Positions 38,421 to 50,306 of a stretch of DNA of 64,000 bases are shown here, in pieces. Source of the stretch: Octopus sinensis (taxonomy: Eukaryota); contig NC_042997.1 in NCBI RefSeq assembly GCF_006345805.1, positions 115,630,001 to 115,694,000 of the forward strand, given 5' to 3'. The notes under the pieces were generated by a model. The model was given only the letters and a program-made list of their open reading frames with translations, searched no databases and was not told where the DNA came from. The stretch's first letter is position 1, and the number at the start of each line of letters is the position of its first letter. A program made the position numbers and the translations under genes.

Positions 38421-38421
<1 letters not shown>

Positions 38422-39016
38422 CTCTGCATATCTCTCTCGTCTTCGTTCCAAGGAATACAAATTGAGTTCCCTAAGCCTCTCCCAATAGTTCTTTTCTTTC
38501 ATGGTGGAAATCCTCTTGGTGAAATGTCTTTGGATTGTCTCAAGCTCTGTGGTTAGTTTGACACTATGCGGTGACCACAGTTGGGAGCAGTAGTCCAGGC
38601 GGCTTAGGACAAATGTCCTCCATAGTGACAACATGGTCTCGCAGTCTCTTGTCCGGAATGTCCTCAGGATCCAGCCAGTGAGTCGTCTGCACATTGTCGC
38701 CACCTTCGTGATGTGTGAAGAAAAAGATGCATCGTCACTCATGTCTATCCCCAGGTCCCGTATTGATTTCGATACTGGGATTTCGATCCCTCCTGGACCA
38801 GTATAGTTGTGTTGTAATGTATATGTGTTTACAGCTTGATATTGTAAGGCTTGAAATTTACCAGCATTAAATTGCATGTTGTTGTGTTCAGCCCATTTGT
38901 ATATGGCATCCAGATCTTGTTGTAAAAGGTCAGCATCAGCTGGGTTTTTGATTGCCTGTGCTACCTTTGTGTCATCAGCATAGCTAGTGAGGGATGTTGT
39001 TTGTGCTACCAAGGGC

Positions 39017-39023
<7 letters not shown>
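38421..39023 (-). mobile_element. inverted LINE RT fragment, repeat 3
   Basis: Appears identical to repeats 1-2. Confidence 0.92.
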
Positions 39024-39057
<34 letters not shown>

Positions 39058-39261
39058 AACGGTGGTGCCCCAGCATGGCTGCAACTTTCGGGCTAAATCA
39101 TTTTTAAGGTTGGCGAGCTGGCAGAAACGTTAGCACGCCGGGCGAAATGCGTAGCCGTATTTCGTCTGCCGTTACGTTCTGAGTTCAAATTCCGCCGAGG
39201 TCAACTTTACCTTTTATCCTTTCGGAGTCGATAAATTAAGTACGAGTTACGCACTGGGGTC

Positions 39262-39302
<41 letters not shown>

Positions 39303-39366
39303 GGTGGGCTTCCGTCCGAATACTCTTGGTCGGCCGGAGGCTAGAGTAGAAGACATTTGTCTAGAG

Positions 39367-39700
39367 CAGGTGTTCTCAACCACTTTTTTTTATCTATGGA
39401 CCCCCTTCGGTTACTCTTTTAGGTGGGTCACTATTCCCATGGCCATTAGATGTTTGAAAGTTAATTTTACAGATGCTGCTTTCAAAATTATTATTTTGCT
39501 TGTCGCATATTCAGTTTGGCGGAACCATTTCAGTTGAACTATGTGAAACATCAAAGAGAGAAACATGCTGGTTTCTTGCAATGAAGACATCCACAGCAAA
39601 ATCGTTCCACGAGCCAATGAAATAATATTGTGGACACAATTTTTATTTTGCATTTGTGGACCCACTAAACTCTTATATGGACTCCGGTTAAGAACCATTG
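39367..39700. mobile_element. non-autonomous hAT(Charlie)-like element (paralog 57487-57822)
   Basis: CAG(T/G)(G/T)GTTCTCAACC...GGTTAAGAACCATTG termini; imperfect 8-bp TSD GTCTAGAG/GTTCAGAG. Confidence 0.7.
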
Positions 39701-40134
39701 GTTCAGAGGTGTGGCTTTCTTCTTAGATGCGAAATGTCTCAGGTTCAAAATACAAATGAGTACCGGTTAATTATTTTATTCATTAATAACCGGAGATATT
39801 CTGAAACATCGGAAATGTCCTGTCTACTATAGGCACAAGGTTCGACGTTCTGGGCGAAAGGGTTAGATTACATCGACTCATGCGCTCAACTCCCAGCTAT
39901 TTCAGCCCCGAAAGGATGAAAGGGTGAAAGAATTTCACCTCAGAACGTAAAGACGGCAAAATGCTGCTAAGCACTTCGTCCGGCGTGATAACGATTCTGC
40001 CTGTTCGCTTTCCTCGAAACATCCGAAATATCAAAAACACAAACTCGTTCAATTTACTAAAATTTAAATTAAGTTACAGAAATGAAAATGATGTTTTAAA
40101 AAGTATATCAGAAGTGTAAATGAAGAAAATTATT

Positions 40135-40206
40135 GGGCTCGTCCGGGATTCGAACCCGGGACCTCCCGCACCCTAAGCGAAAATCATACCCCTAGACCAA
40201 CGAACC
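40135..40206 (-). tRNA. tRNA-Pro(AGG), wobble variant
   Basis: U3:G70, U27:G43 and U28:G42 wobbles. Confidence 0.75.
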
Positions 40207-40785
40207 AACTGATAAACGTAATTGAAACTAAACTATAGATACTAACCTCTCAAATCCAACTTACTTTCATATGTGTTTATTTCACTATATGACTTGATAT
40301 TTTAATAAAACGGGACACGTTATCTGTGCCAGACTGCAATCTTCTCTTATCTGTTCATTCTAATTATTAACTAATCATGGTCTTATGTATGATCTATGGC
40401 TAATTAATAATTCATTGTTCAAGGTCTAAAGTCTCAGTTCGCATTGATAGACCCTGTACTGGAGAGCGGATATGAGTTTAAACCAGACAAACGTTTCATC
40501 GATTCGATAGAACGAGATGTATTTGGAAACATAATACTAGAAAGGAAAGAAATACTTTTTTTACAATATTTGCAGACATTTCAGTCAGTCATTGTTGGAA
40601 TTATCAGCGCGGAAAAAAAATATATATTAGCGGTTAGCGACAGAGGAATCTTAGTCAAACTAAAGCGTTTGACCCGAGCAAAAAAAAAAAAGAAAAGCAG
40701 TGTAATAGGTGTAAAACAACTTGCTCTATACGAATATGACCAAAAAAATGCGCGCTCGCGAAAGGGGGTTGGGGGAGAGGACTCG

Positions 40786-40847
<62 letters not shown>

Positions 40848-41596
40848 TCTTGATAATCGCTTAGAACAAGTAGTTTTACACCAATTACACTATTTAAACA
40901 ATTTTTTTGCAGCTCGGGTCAAACACTATAATTTAAAGGCCATGGTTTGACGATGTGGATTTTCCGAAACCTCTCCCCCACCCCCAACCCCCTTTCGCGA
41001 GCGCGCATTTTTTTTTGTTTTTTGTCATATTCGTATAGAGCATGTAGTTTTACACCTATTACACCATTTTTTTCTTGTTTCTTGGATCTGGTGAGGCGGC
41101 TCGGAACATTCACGATGTGAATTTTCCAAGTCCTTTCTCCAACCCACATTCGCGAGCGCGCGTTTTTTTTTGTCATATTCGTATAGAGCAAGTAGTTTTA
41201 CACTTATTACACTATTTTTCTCTTGTTTTTTTTGCTCGGGTCAAACGCTTTAGTTTGACCGGAATCTTTCGTAACAGATATTAATTAGCGCATCCAACCT
41301 AACACCCAGGCATTGTTTATAACGCTGTTGGCTCCGATAAACATCCCGAGAAATTACCTCGCGCAGACAAGTGCTTATCTCTAGTATTCAGATCATTTTG
41401 TCAAAAGTAATATCTGTTTATTTAAATTTGCTGTTAAAATTAATATATTATCCGTAAGTTTGGGATTTCAAAGATGTGAATGTCTATTTCTATAATGGCA
41501 TTGCAGGTTAGGTGTGAGAGGTCAGATCTGGCCAGGTAAAAGACTTGGGCCGGATGTGGCCAATTTAAGTGCTAAATGGTTAAAAGCTCAAACAAT

Positions 41597-41951
41597 AGGA
41601 GTGGTTGTGTGGTAAGTAGCTTGCTTGCCAACCACATGGTTCCGGGTTCAGTCCCACTGCGTGGCACCTTGGCCAAGTGTTTCTAATATGGCCTCGGGCC
41701 GACCAAAGCTTTGTAAGTGGATTTGGTAGACGGAAACTGAAAGAAACCCATCGTGTGTGTGTGTGTGTGTGTCTGTCTGTCTGTCTGTCTCTGTGTCTGT
41801 GACAACCAATGCTGGTGTGTTTACGCCCCCGTAACTTAGCGGTTCGGCTGAAGAGACCGGTGGAATAAGTACTAGGCTTACAAAAAATAAGTCGATTTGT
41901 TCGAATAAAGGCGGTGCTCCAGCATGGCCGCAGTCAAATAAAAGAATAAAG
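41597..41951 (+). mobile_element. SINE family A (paralog ~59684-60038)
   Basis: Head to tail, shortened 3' end. Confidence 0.85.
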
Positions 41952-42155
41952 TATATCGGTAGACGATATTTCATCAGCACCGGTAGGTGGCACTGTTGTA
42001 TCACGTGATTTTACCATATTGCGGATCACCAGAAAGAGGTAGCCAAATACCGAATGCCAGACCGAAAAATCAATCAAACCGATATAGTTTTTAACACCGG
42101 CTAAAACTCCGTGAAAATATATCGAAAGAAATTTAAGCGCCGACATCGCTAAAAG

Positions 42156-42194
42156 TAGGGGCATTATTCTTGCTTTAAGTGCGAGAGATCCTCG
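42156..42194 (+). pseudogene. tRNA-Pro internal relic
   Basis: TAGGGGCATTATTCTTGCTTTAAGTGCGAGAGATCC resembles positions 13-50. Confidence 0.45.
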
Positions 42195-42483
42195 TCGTTT
42201 TCATTAAATAATGTTCATATCATGTTTTTTGTTTTTCTATTTTCTTTCCTGTCTGAATATTCAACTTACATATCCGGTCTCAAATCAAAAACCTTCAGTA
42301 GGAATCATTAACTTTCTTGTCTAAAGTATGAAAAGCAAAGTTGACCTCGGCGGTATTTGAACTCAGAACGTAAAGACAAACGAAATACCGCTAACCCGGT
42401 GTGCTAACGATTCTGCTATCTCGCCGCCTTATCGATACAGATAGTATCTTCAAATAAAGGTAACGGAAGGAACGCTGGTAATT

Positions 42484-42548
42484 GACTCGTTGATCTAAAG
42501 GTATGGTTCTCGGTGCGAGAGGTCTTGGGTTCGAATCCCGGATGAGCC
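42484..42548 (+). pseudogene. tRNA-Pro with anticodon loop deleted
   Basis: TTCTCG-GTGCGAGAGG junction; ends recognisable. Confidence 0.8.
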
Positions 42549-42649
42549 TACGTTTGTTATAGACGATACGTTTTATCTCATGGTTCTCCCATTATATTTT
42601 CTCTTTAAGGCGGCGAGCTGGCAGAAACGTTTTATATATATATATATGA

Positions 42650-42808
42650 CGTGCTTCTTTCAGCTTCCGTCAACCAAATCCACTCACAAGGCTTTAGTCG
42701 GCTCGAGGCTATAGTAGAAGACATTTGTCCAAGGTACCACGCAGTGGAACTGAACCCAGAACCATGTGGTTGGGAAGAAAGCTTCTTCCAAACAGTCACG
42801 CCTACGCC
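42650..42808 (-). mobile_element. SINE family A, 5' half
   Basis: Head and core on minus strand. Confidence 0.8.
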
Positions 42809-42955
42809 TATGTTGAAAAATCTTTGCAAAAAAGTTTCAAGGTGAAAGTAACTCATAGAAATATACAGAATTAAAATTTGGGTCAGGGAAATAAAAAACA
42901 AAGTTTTAAAAAGTATAGTATCAGAAGTGTAAGTAAAAAAACCCACAAAATTAAT

Positions 42956-43027
42956 GGGCTCGTCCGGGATTCGAACCCGGAACCTCTCGCACCCTAAGAG
43001 AAAATCATACCCCTAGACCAACGAGCC
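42956..43027 (-). tRNA. tRNA-Pro(AGG), anticodon-stem mismatch
   Basis: U27, G30T mismatch, C48T. Confidence 0.7.
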
Positions 43028-43556
43028 AACTGACAACCTAAAATGAAAATTATCTAGTAATTGTAATGATGTAGTGGCGTGTTCAGTCTCCTGGAGTGGC
43101 ACTTAAACAAGTATCTTCTATAATAATAGCCTGGTGTGTAGCTGTTGTACTTCTCTCTGTCTCTCTGTCTCTCTCTCCTCCTTTCTCTCTCTCCCCCCTC
43201 TCTCTCTGTCCCTCTCTATCTCTTTGTTTTTGTGGGTGTATGTGTGAGTGTGAGTGTGTGTGCGCATATGCGTGGGAGTATGTATGTGTTTGCCTTTGGC
43301 GCCAACATTCTATCACTTGACAGTTGTTGTTGGTTTGTTTACTTCGCCGTGATATAGCGGTTCGGTGAAAGAAAACCGATAAAATAAATATTAGACACTA
43401 AAAATAAGTACAGTGGATTCATTCGACTACACCCTTCAGTGCTCCAGCATGATCGCAGTGCAGTGGCTAAAGCAATTAAAAGACGAAAAATAAAAGAATA
43501 GGCTTTATCGTAAATTCTACAAGGATCTAGAAACGAGCGGGAGTTTTAAGATGAAT

Positions 43557-43707
43557 AGGCGCTAGCGTGACTTTGCGGTAAGAAGCTTGCTTGGTTCCGG
43601 GTTCATTCCCACTGCGTGGCACCTTGAGCAAGTGTCTTCTACTATAGCCTCGGGCCGACAAAGCCTTGGGAGTGGATTTGGTAAACGGAAACTGAAAGAA
43701 GCTCGTC

Positions 43708-43752
<45 letters not shown>

Positions 43753-43969
43753 ATATATAACGGGAAGCTTTATGAAAATAAACAAAAGACGAAGGCAGGT
43801 GGAAAACAAACGAACAATTGTATTAGTATGGCGCTCAGGAAATATAAATAAAACAAGTCTTTAACGTTTCGAGCCTACGCTCTTCAACAGAAAGATACAC
43901 AGAGAGAGAAAAACACAGAAAGAAGGAGAGAAAAAAAATGCGTGCAGTAGCTAACGAATCAACATGGCG

Positions 43970-44008
<39 letters not shown>

Positions 44009-44300
44009 AGTGTGTGTGTGTGTGTGTGTATGTGTGTGTGTGTGTGTATACATATGTATGTATATATTTGTGTTTGTATCTGTGTTTGTCTTCCACCACC
44101 ACCCCCGCTTGACAACGGATGTTGGTGTGTTTACATCCCTGTAACTTACCAGTTCGGCAAAAAGAGACCGACAGAATAAGTACCAGGTTTACAAAGAACA
44201 ACTCCAGGAGGTCGATTTCTTCGACTAAAAGGCGGTACTCCGGCATGACCCCAGCCAAAATGACTGAAGCAAGTTAAAAGGATAAAAGAATGTAAAAGAA
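43557..44300 (+). mobile_element. SINE family A with a 211-bp insertion in its (TA)n tract
   Basis: Head at 43557, tail near 44290, foreign sequence 43759-43969. Confidence 0.8.
43858..43895 (-). ncRNA. minimal type-I hammerhead-like motif (Penelope-type), core variant CUGUUGA
   Basis: TCTTT-CTGTTGA-A-GAGC/GTAG/GCTC-GAAAC-GTT-AAAGA: 5-bp stem I, 4-bp stem II, palindromic ACGT stem III. Confidence 0.55.
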
Positions 44301-44469
44301 GAAGAGAGTAATCCAAGCCATTAAAAAAATGACTAACAAATAAAAGATAATTTTTAAAAATTGTAAATTCAAGAGGGATATAAACTCAGACAAGAATACA
44401 AGGATATACACTACAGGAGTATATCAAGTCATTTAATAAATAAATTTTTATAAAAAAGAAAAAAAGATT

Positions 44470-44541
44470 GGGCTCGTCCGGGATTCGAACCCGGGACCTC
44501 TCGCACCCTAAGCGAAAATCATACCCCTAGACCAACGAGCC
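44470..44541 (-). tRNA. tRNA-Pro(AGG), U27 variant
   Basis: 72 nt canonical except C27T. Confidence 0.93.
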
Positions 44542-45111
44542 AACTGATGATTACGAATGCTTTTACAATGAACACTAAAACTGAAAGCTCTGAAATCCCA
44601 CTCGCTCTCATGTCCATCTAGTTTAATCTAAAGAACGCATCATTTGTGATAGACTGCAATGTTCTATGATCGGTTTGTTGTAATTATTAATCCGTCATAA
44701 AAGTATTATGCAAGATCTGCAGCTTATCTTTTATTTTTCTACTTTTTATTTGCTTTAGTTAATAGAATGCGGCCACGCTGGGGCACCGCTTTGAAGACTT
44801 TTTAGCCAAACAAATCGACCCCTGTACTTAGGAGTGGCTGTGTGGTAAGTAGACAAACCGATACAGTTTTAACACTGGTTAAACTGTCAGTGAAAAGATA
44901 TTGGCATCAAATTTTTAGCACCAGGCCAGCAGTTTCGGGAGAAGGCTAAGTTGATTGCATCGACACCAGTGCTCAACTGGTACTTATTTTATCAACCACG
45001 AAAAGATGAAAGGCAAAGTCGACCTCGGCAGAACTTGAATTTAGAACGTCAAGCCGGACGAAATACCGCTAAGCCTTTTATACATTGTAAAAGCATTCGC
45101 TTTCGTCAGTT

Positions 45112-45183
45112 GGCTCGTTGGTCTAGGGGTATGATTCTCGCTTAGGGTGCGAGAGGTCCCGGGTTCAAATCCCGGACGAGCCC
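45112..45183 (+). tRNA. tRNA-Pro(AGG)
   Basis: Perfect canonical sequence. Confidence 0.96.
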
Positions 45184-45365
45184 AATTTTCGTTAAGTTTT
45201 TTTTTTTTTAATGGCTTGAATTATTCTCTTATTCTTTTTCTTTTATCCATTCAACTTGTTACAATCATTTTGACAGTGGTCATGCTGAACACCGACTTTT
45301 AGTCGAAGAAATCGACTCCCTGGAATTATTCTTTGTAAACTTGGTTTACAAAGGACGAAATACCT

Positions 45366-45594
45366 ATTTCTTTACTACCCACAAGGGGCTAAACACAGAG
45401 GGGACAAACAAGGACAGACAAACGGATTAAGCCGATTATATCAACCCCAGTGCGTAACTGGTACTTATTAATCGACACCGAAAGGATGAAAGGCAAAGTC
45501 GACCTCGGCGGAATTTGAACTCAGAACGTAGCGGCAGACAAAATACCGCTGAGCATTTCGCCCGACGTGCTAAAGATTCTGCCAGCTCGCCGCC
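45366..45594 (-). mobile_element. SINE family B, full length
   Basis: Same consensus as 35361-35584. Confidence 0.85.
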
Positions 45595-45741
45595 TTACAC
45601 TACAATAAATGCTATGGGTCAGGTAGGCAACACCGTTTCAAGTGTTTATACTCCATTTTAACGACAGGATCACCACTAGATTCTTCGGATGCGTTACCCT
45701 TTATTTATGAAATGTGAATGAAAGTGAAGCGACAAAAAGTT

Positions 45742-45813
45742 CAGATGGTACTGAACACGAACCCGCGGCCTGTCGCCCCCGAAAACAGAATCATACTGGT
45801 AGATCACCAAGTC
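45742..45813 (-). pseudogene. highly decayed tRNA-Pro(CGG-like)
   Basis: Colinear 72 nt: CGAACCC..CCT.TCGC.CCCGAA..AGAATCATAC..TAGA. Confidence 0.55.
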
Positions 45814-46121
45814 TCACGCACCGCTATGTCCCTATTGTTTCGTTATTTATTTTTAACAAATTGCGGGTAGATATATATATATTTAAGACGACGTATGAGT
45901 GATGAGCTTTTACTGAACGACCTTCACAGATGATTTGTTTATGGTGATGCAAGGTCTGACCTGTACATTGGCTCTGTCCTTCATCAAATCGACGTTGCAT
46001 GAACAGGTGCACAATGTAGCACGCGTCAGGTGTCGAAGTGATTTACTCAGGAACACAACGCTCCACGCGGTTTAAGAATTGAAACCATCAAATATGTGGT
46101 TCAAATGCACAGACAGCAAGT

Positions 46122-46180
46122 TGGTGGTTAGTCTAGGGTTATAATTTTCGCTTAGGGTGCGAGAGATCCCGGATGAGCGC
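46122..46180 (+). pseudogene. decayed tRNA-Pro(AGG) lacking T arm
   Basis: GAGATCCCGGATGAGC junction, same 13-nt deletion as 9818. Confidence 0.75.
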
Positions 46181-46514
46181 TATTATTTTTTTTAAATGAC
46201 TACAAATACTCGCTTTGTTCACGTTAAAAACTGCCGTCCATATCTATATCCTTGTCGAATTTATTATAAAGCCTATTCTTTTATTTATCGTCTTTTACTT
46301 GTTTTAGCCGTTGGACTGCGATCAGACTAGATCCAAACACGGGGCTTCACGCAGCCGAAAATTGTGATGGGCTGTTTTGTGCGAAACAGAAAAAGAAAGA
46401 AGGATTTAGATTGCTGTATACAGACATTGATTTCATGTTAAATACAAAAGTTGAGAGAATAAAACGAGAGAACCATGAGATGAAAAGAACAAAACATTGT
46501 ATAAAAACAGACAT

Positions 46515-46585
46515 GTACTCGCCGGGGATTCGAATTCATGGACTTCGCACCTGAAATGAGAATCATATCCTTACACCAACGAGCC
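46515..46585 (-). pseudogene. decayed tRNA-Pro
   Basis: GGGATTCGAA...GAGAATCATA..CCAACGAGCC retained. Confidence 0.7.
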
Positions 46586-47491
46586 AATTCTAGTAACGGT
46601 TCTCAATTTATTAAATTTCTTTAAATGTATTTTCTGTGTCGACAATTCCGACCAGTTGTAACCGTGATGGCTGGTGGAAGTTGGGAAAACATTTATTTTT
46701 CATTTTCTGTATGTTGTTTCCACACACATACATATATATAAATACATATACATATATATACACGACGGGATTCTTTCAGTTTCCGTCTACCAAATCCACT
46801 CACTACGCTTTGGTCGGCCCGAAGCTATAGTGGAAGATACTTGCCCAAGGTGCCTCGCAGTGGGACTGAACTTGGAACCATGTGGTTGGTAAGCAAGCTA
46901 CTTACCACACAGCCATTCCTGATGACTGAAAACGTAGAGAATTGACAGAAGTGTTGCTACGATTTTATATCTAAATTGACAAAGAAAAGTCGTTTTAAAA
47001 TTCACCTCTTTACTTCACGTTGCTCCGGTTAACTCAGCTGTAGAAATGAGTTGCGACGTCACTGGTGCCAAGCTATATCGACCTTTCCCTTGTCCCTGGA
47101 ATAACGTCAGTACCAGATATCGGAAGGTCAGATGCTGCCACCTCACACCACCGACAGATCCATATTCCCGCCATCGTTCAATGATTAGTTGCGCTATTCA
47201 CTGGTTCACTATAAATAAAATACAGTGACGTGTGTAAATAGAAACTTGAAGCATGTATTGGAACCCGTAAGTCAATTCGCAGCGTTCCCAATCCGACTGG
47301 AGGATAGATGCACTTCGGATTGATTATCTCCTCTTCAGCAACAGAAACCGGAAACGGCAGGCGCTGCGAGTTTGTATCGATGTACGTCACGGCTGAGTGC
47401 TTTCATTCCGATTTACATTTCTGCACTACAATTTCTTGGAGCAAATGCAGCACAATATTTACATATCATATAAAAAAAAAAGTACACTTAT

Positions 47492-47563
47492 GGGCTCGTC
47501 CGGGATTCGAACCCGGGACCTCTCGCACCCAAAGCGAGAATCATACCCCTAGACCAACGAGCC
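47492..47563 (-). tRNA. tRNA-Pro(TGG)
   Basis: Perfect canonical sequence; third paralog of 16891/23858. Confidence 0.96.
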
Positions 47564-47765
47564 ATACACCAATCACCCAAGTTAAATTGGTGTATTTATT
47601 TTTAAAAGGTAAATATTCACTTTCTTTTATCTATTCATTGACTATTTCTGTAATTTCAGTCACAGCTGACGTCTGAACAAGGAGTGTTTTATACAACATA
47701 TATAAGTTGTGTATCAGAGTTCACAATTATATATTTTCCCGAGATTTTCCCGTCTGTTCGAAGTT

Positions 47766-47838
47766 GGCTGGTTGATGTAGGGGAATGATTTTTCGCTTAG
47801 GATGCGAATGGTCCGGGGTTCAAATCCTGGACGAGCCC
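47766..47838 (+). pseudogene. decayed tRNA-Pro(AGG)
   Basis: Third paralog of 17165/24133. Confidence 0.8.
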
Positions 47839-48490
47839 ACTGTTCTATTTTGCTTTTTTTTATGCTATTTTGATGATTTGCTATACTTTATTATTCCTAT
47901 AATTTAATCATCAACATCATAGGTCGGGGAGCTAAAACTCTAGCTTAGCGGTGAGGTGGGTGTTATAACGGAATCTCCTCCTTCTACAGGGATGTCTAAA
48001 CAACGACAAGGGGCCTCTGACACGCAGCAATTAAATGGCAGTTGACTCATCTTAGTTCATTGGTCCTGAACAGGTTTTGTTTTTCGACCGACCGGGTGTT
48101 TAAACAGTCTCCACATTCCTTTACCAATCAGGTCTGGTAGTGTTGCCGGTTTAGACGCTGACGGCCTGATCATGCGACAGGTTGTTCTACGGTTACATGT
48201 CACCAATAACACCAAGAGTCACTTGACATAACATACATACACACATAGATACACACACACATACGCACGTACATACATACATACATACATACATACATAC
48301 ATACATACATACATACATACATACATCTATTGCCTGGGGTTTTGGAACGTAACACCCGCGCTAGTCGAAGGATCACTATATTCAATTCTCTTCACGTCAT
48401 TCATTTTATAAACTCAATGCAGACATGTTCAATACACACGGATGTATATATTTCTGTACTAAAAATACAATAAAATTTTAATTTATATAC

Positions 48491-48708
48491 TCGTTTACTT
48501 GTTTCAGTCATTTGACTGCGGCCATACTGGAGCACCGCCTTTTAGTCGAGCAAATCGACGCCAGGACTTATTCTTTGTAAGCCTAGTACTTATTCTATCG
48601 GTCACTTATGCCGAACCGCTAAGTTACGGGGACGTAAACGCACCACTATCGATTGTCAAGCGATGTTGTGGGGAAAACACAGACATACAAACATACACAC
48701 ACACACAC

Positions 48709-48761
<53 letters not shown>

Positions 48762-48927
48762 TACGACGGGCTTCTTTCAGTTTCCGTCTACCAAATCCAC
48801 TCACAAGGCTTTGGTCGGCCCGAGGCTATAGTAGAAGACACCTGCCCAAGATGTCACGCAGTGGGACTGAACCCGGAACCATGTGGTTGGTAAGCAAGCT
48901 ACTTACCACACAGCCACTGCTGCACCT
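48491..48927 (-). mobile_element. SINE family A
   Basis: Positional paralog of 25252-25657. Confidence 0.85.
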
Positions 48928-48955
48928 ATATATATATATATAAAATAAAATTGAA

Positions 48956-49017
48956 GGGCTCGTCCAGGATTCGAACCCGGGACCTCTCGCACCCAAAGCT
49001 AGAATCATACCCCTAGA
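48956..49017 (-). pseudogene. 5'-truncated tRNA-Pro(TGG)
   Basis: First 10 nt missing; paralog of 25683. Confidence 0.85.
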
Positions 49018-49844
49018 GGGGTGATGAAATGGTAGAATCGTTAGAGTGTTGCTAAAAATGCATAGTGGTATTTGTTCCGGATCTTTATGATCTGAGTTCA
49101 AATCACGTAAGATCCAACTTCGACTTTCATCTTTCGCGGTTGATGAAGTAAGATGCTTCAGGGATATTCGAACCAGCAATGTAACCATTCACTGCATTTA
49201 TCATTTGAGAAAATTTCCCTCTGAAGACAGTGTGGAGCGTTCCGTAACCTGACTGGTTGATGCATGCATTTCTCTGTGGTTTTCTCCTCTCTGCACCAGA
49301 GCCCGGAGAGGAAGACGCTGCTTGTTTGCATCTGCGCGTATCATTGTTTAAAACTTTCTGTATCAGATTTATTTCTGTACCATAATTCCTTGTTGCAAAT
49401 ACAACAAACAATGCATTCATAACAAAAGAAAAAAAAAAATGAAACGAGAATTGGGCTCCTCTTCAACATTTTTATCTAATGTTAATACAAGAAACTCGGC
49501 TCTGAACACGGAGTGTTGTTTCAGACAATTCAATGCGTTGTGGATTTTGGTCCTGCTTCGCATTCACGATTTGCTCTTCAGAGCGAAGTATCTAAGAGAA
49601 AGCTATGTTAAACAAAGAAAGGCATTCAAATTTCGTATGAAATTAATCCAGGTGTGTTGGGGTTCGTTTTGGCGAGAGGTCCTGGATGAATCCCAATGCA
49701 TAATGTTCCATTGTTCCTCTTCTTTTGTACAAGACCGCTTTTATTTGTTATTATTCAATTTGCTTCAGCATCCTTCATTTTATAAATTCAGACATCTCTT
49801 CCCTACAGTGCAGATATGTTGAATACATATACATCTCTTTTATT

Positions 49845-50060
49845 CTCTTTTACTTGTTTCAGTCATTTGACTGCGGCCATGATGGAGCATCGCCTTTAGT
49901 CGAGCAAATCGCCCCAGGACTTATTCTTGTAAGCCTAGTACTTATTCTATCGGTCACTTATGCCGAACCGCTAAGTTACGGGGACGTAAACGCACCACTA
50001 TCGATTGTCAAGCGATGTTGTGGGGAAAACACAGACATACAAACATACACACACACACAC

Positions 50061-50098
<38 letters not shown>

Positions 50099-50277
50099 TA
50101 TATACATATATACGACGGGCTTCTTTCAGTTTCCGTCTACCAAATCCACTCACAAGGCTTTGGTCGGCCCGAGGCTATAGTAGAAGACACCTGCCCAAGA
50201 TGTCACGCAGTGGGACTGAACCCGGAACCATGTGGTTGGTAAGCAAGCTACTTACCACACAGCCACTGCTGCACCTA
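49845..50277 (-). mobile_element. SINE family A
   Basis: Tandem copy of 48491-48927. Confidence 0.85.
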
Positions 50278-50306
50278 TATATATATATATATAAAATAAA
50301 ATTGAA

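Noticed and set aside
35638-39084. Four long ORFs (240-283 aa) as host genes
   Set aside because: They are 5'-truncated LINE RT fragments whose starts fall in microsatellite or SINE sequence
40444-40950. 168-aa ORF (paralog 58569)
   Set aside because: No recognisable domain; runs through poly-A and (TG)n; the paralog is frameshifted
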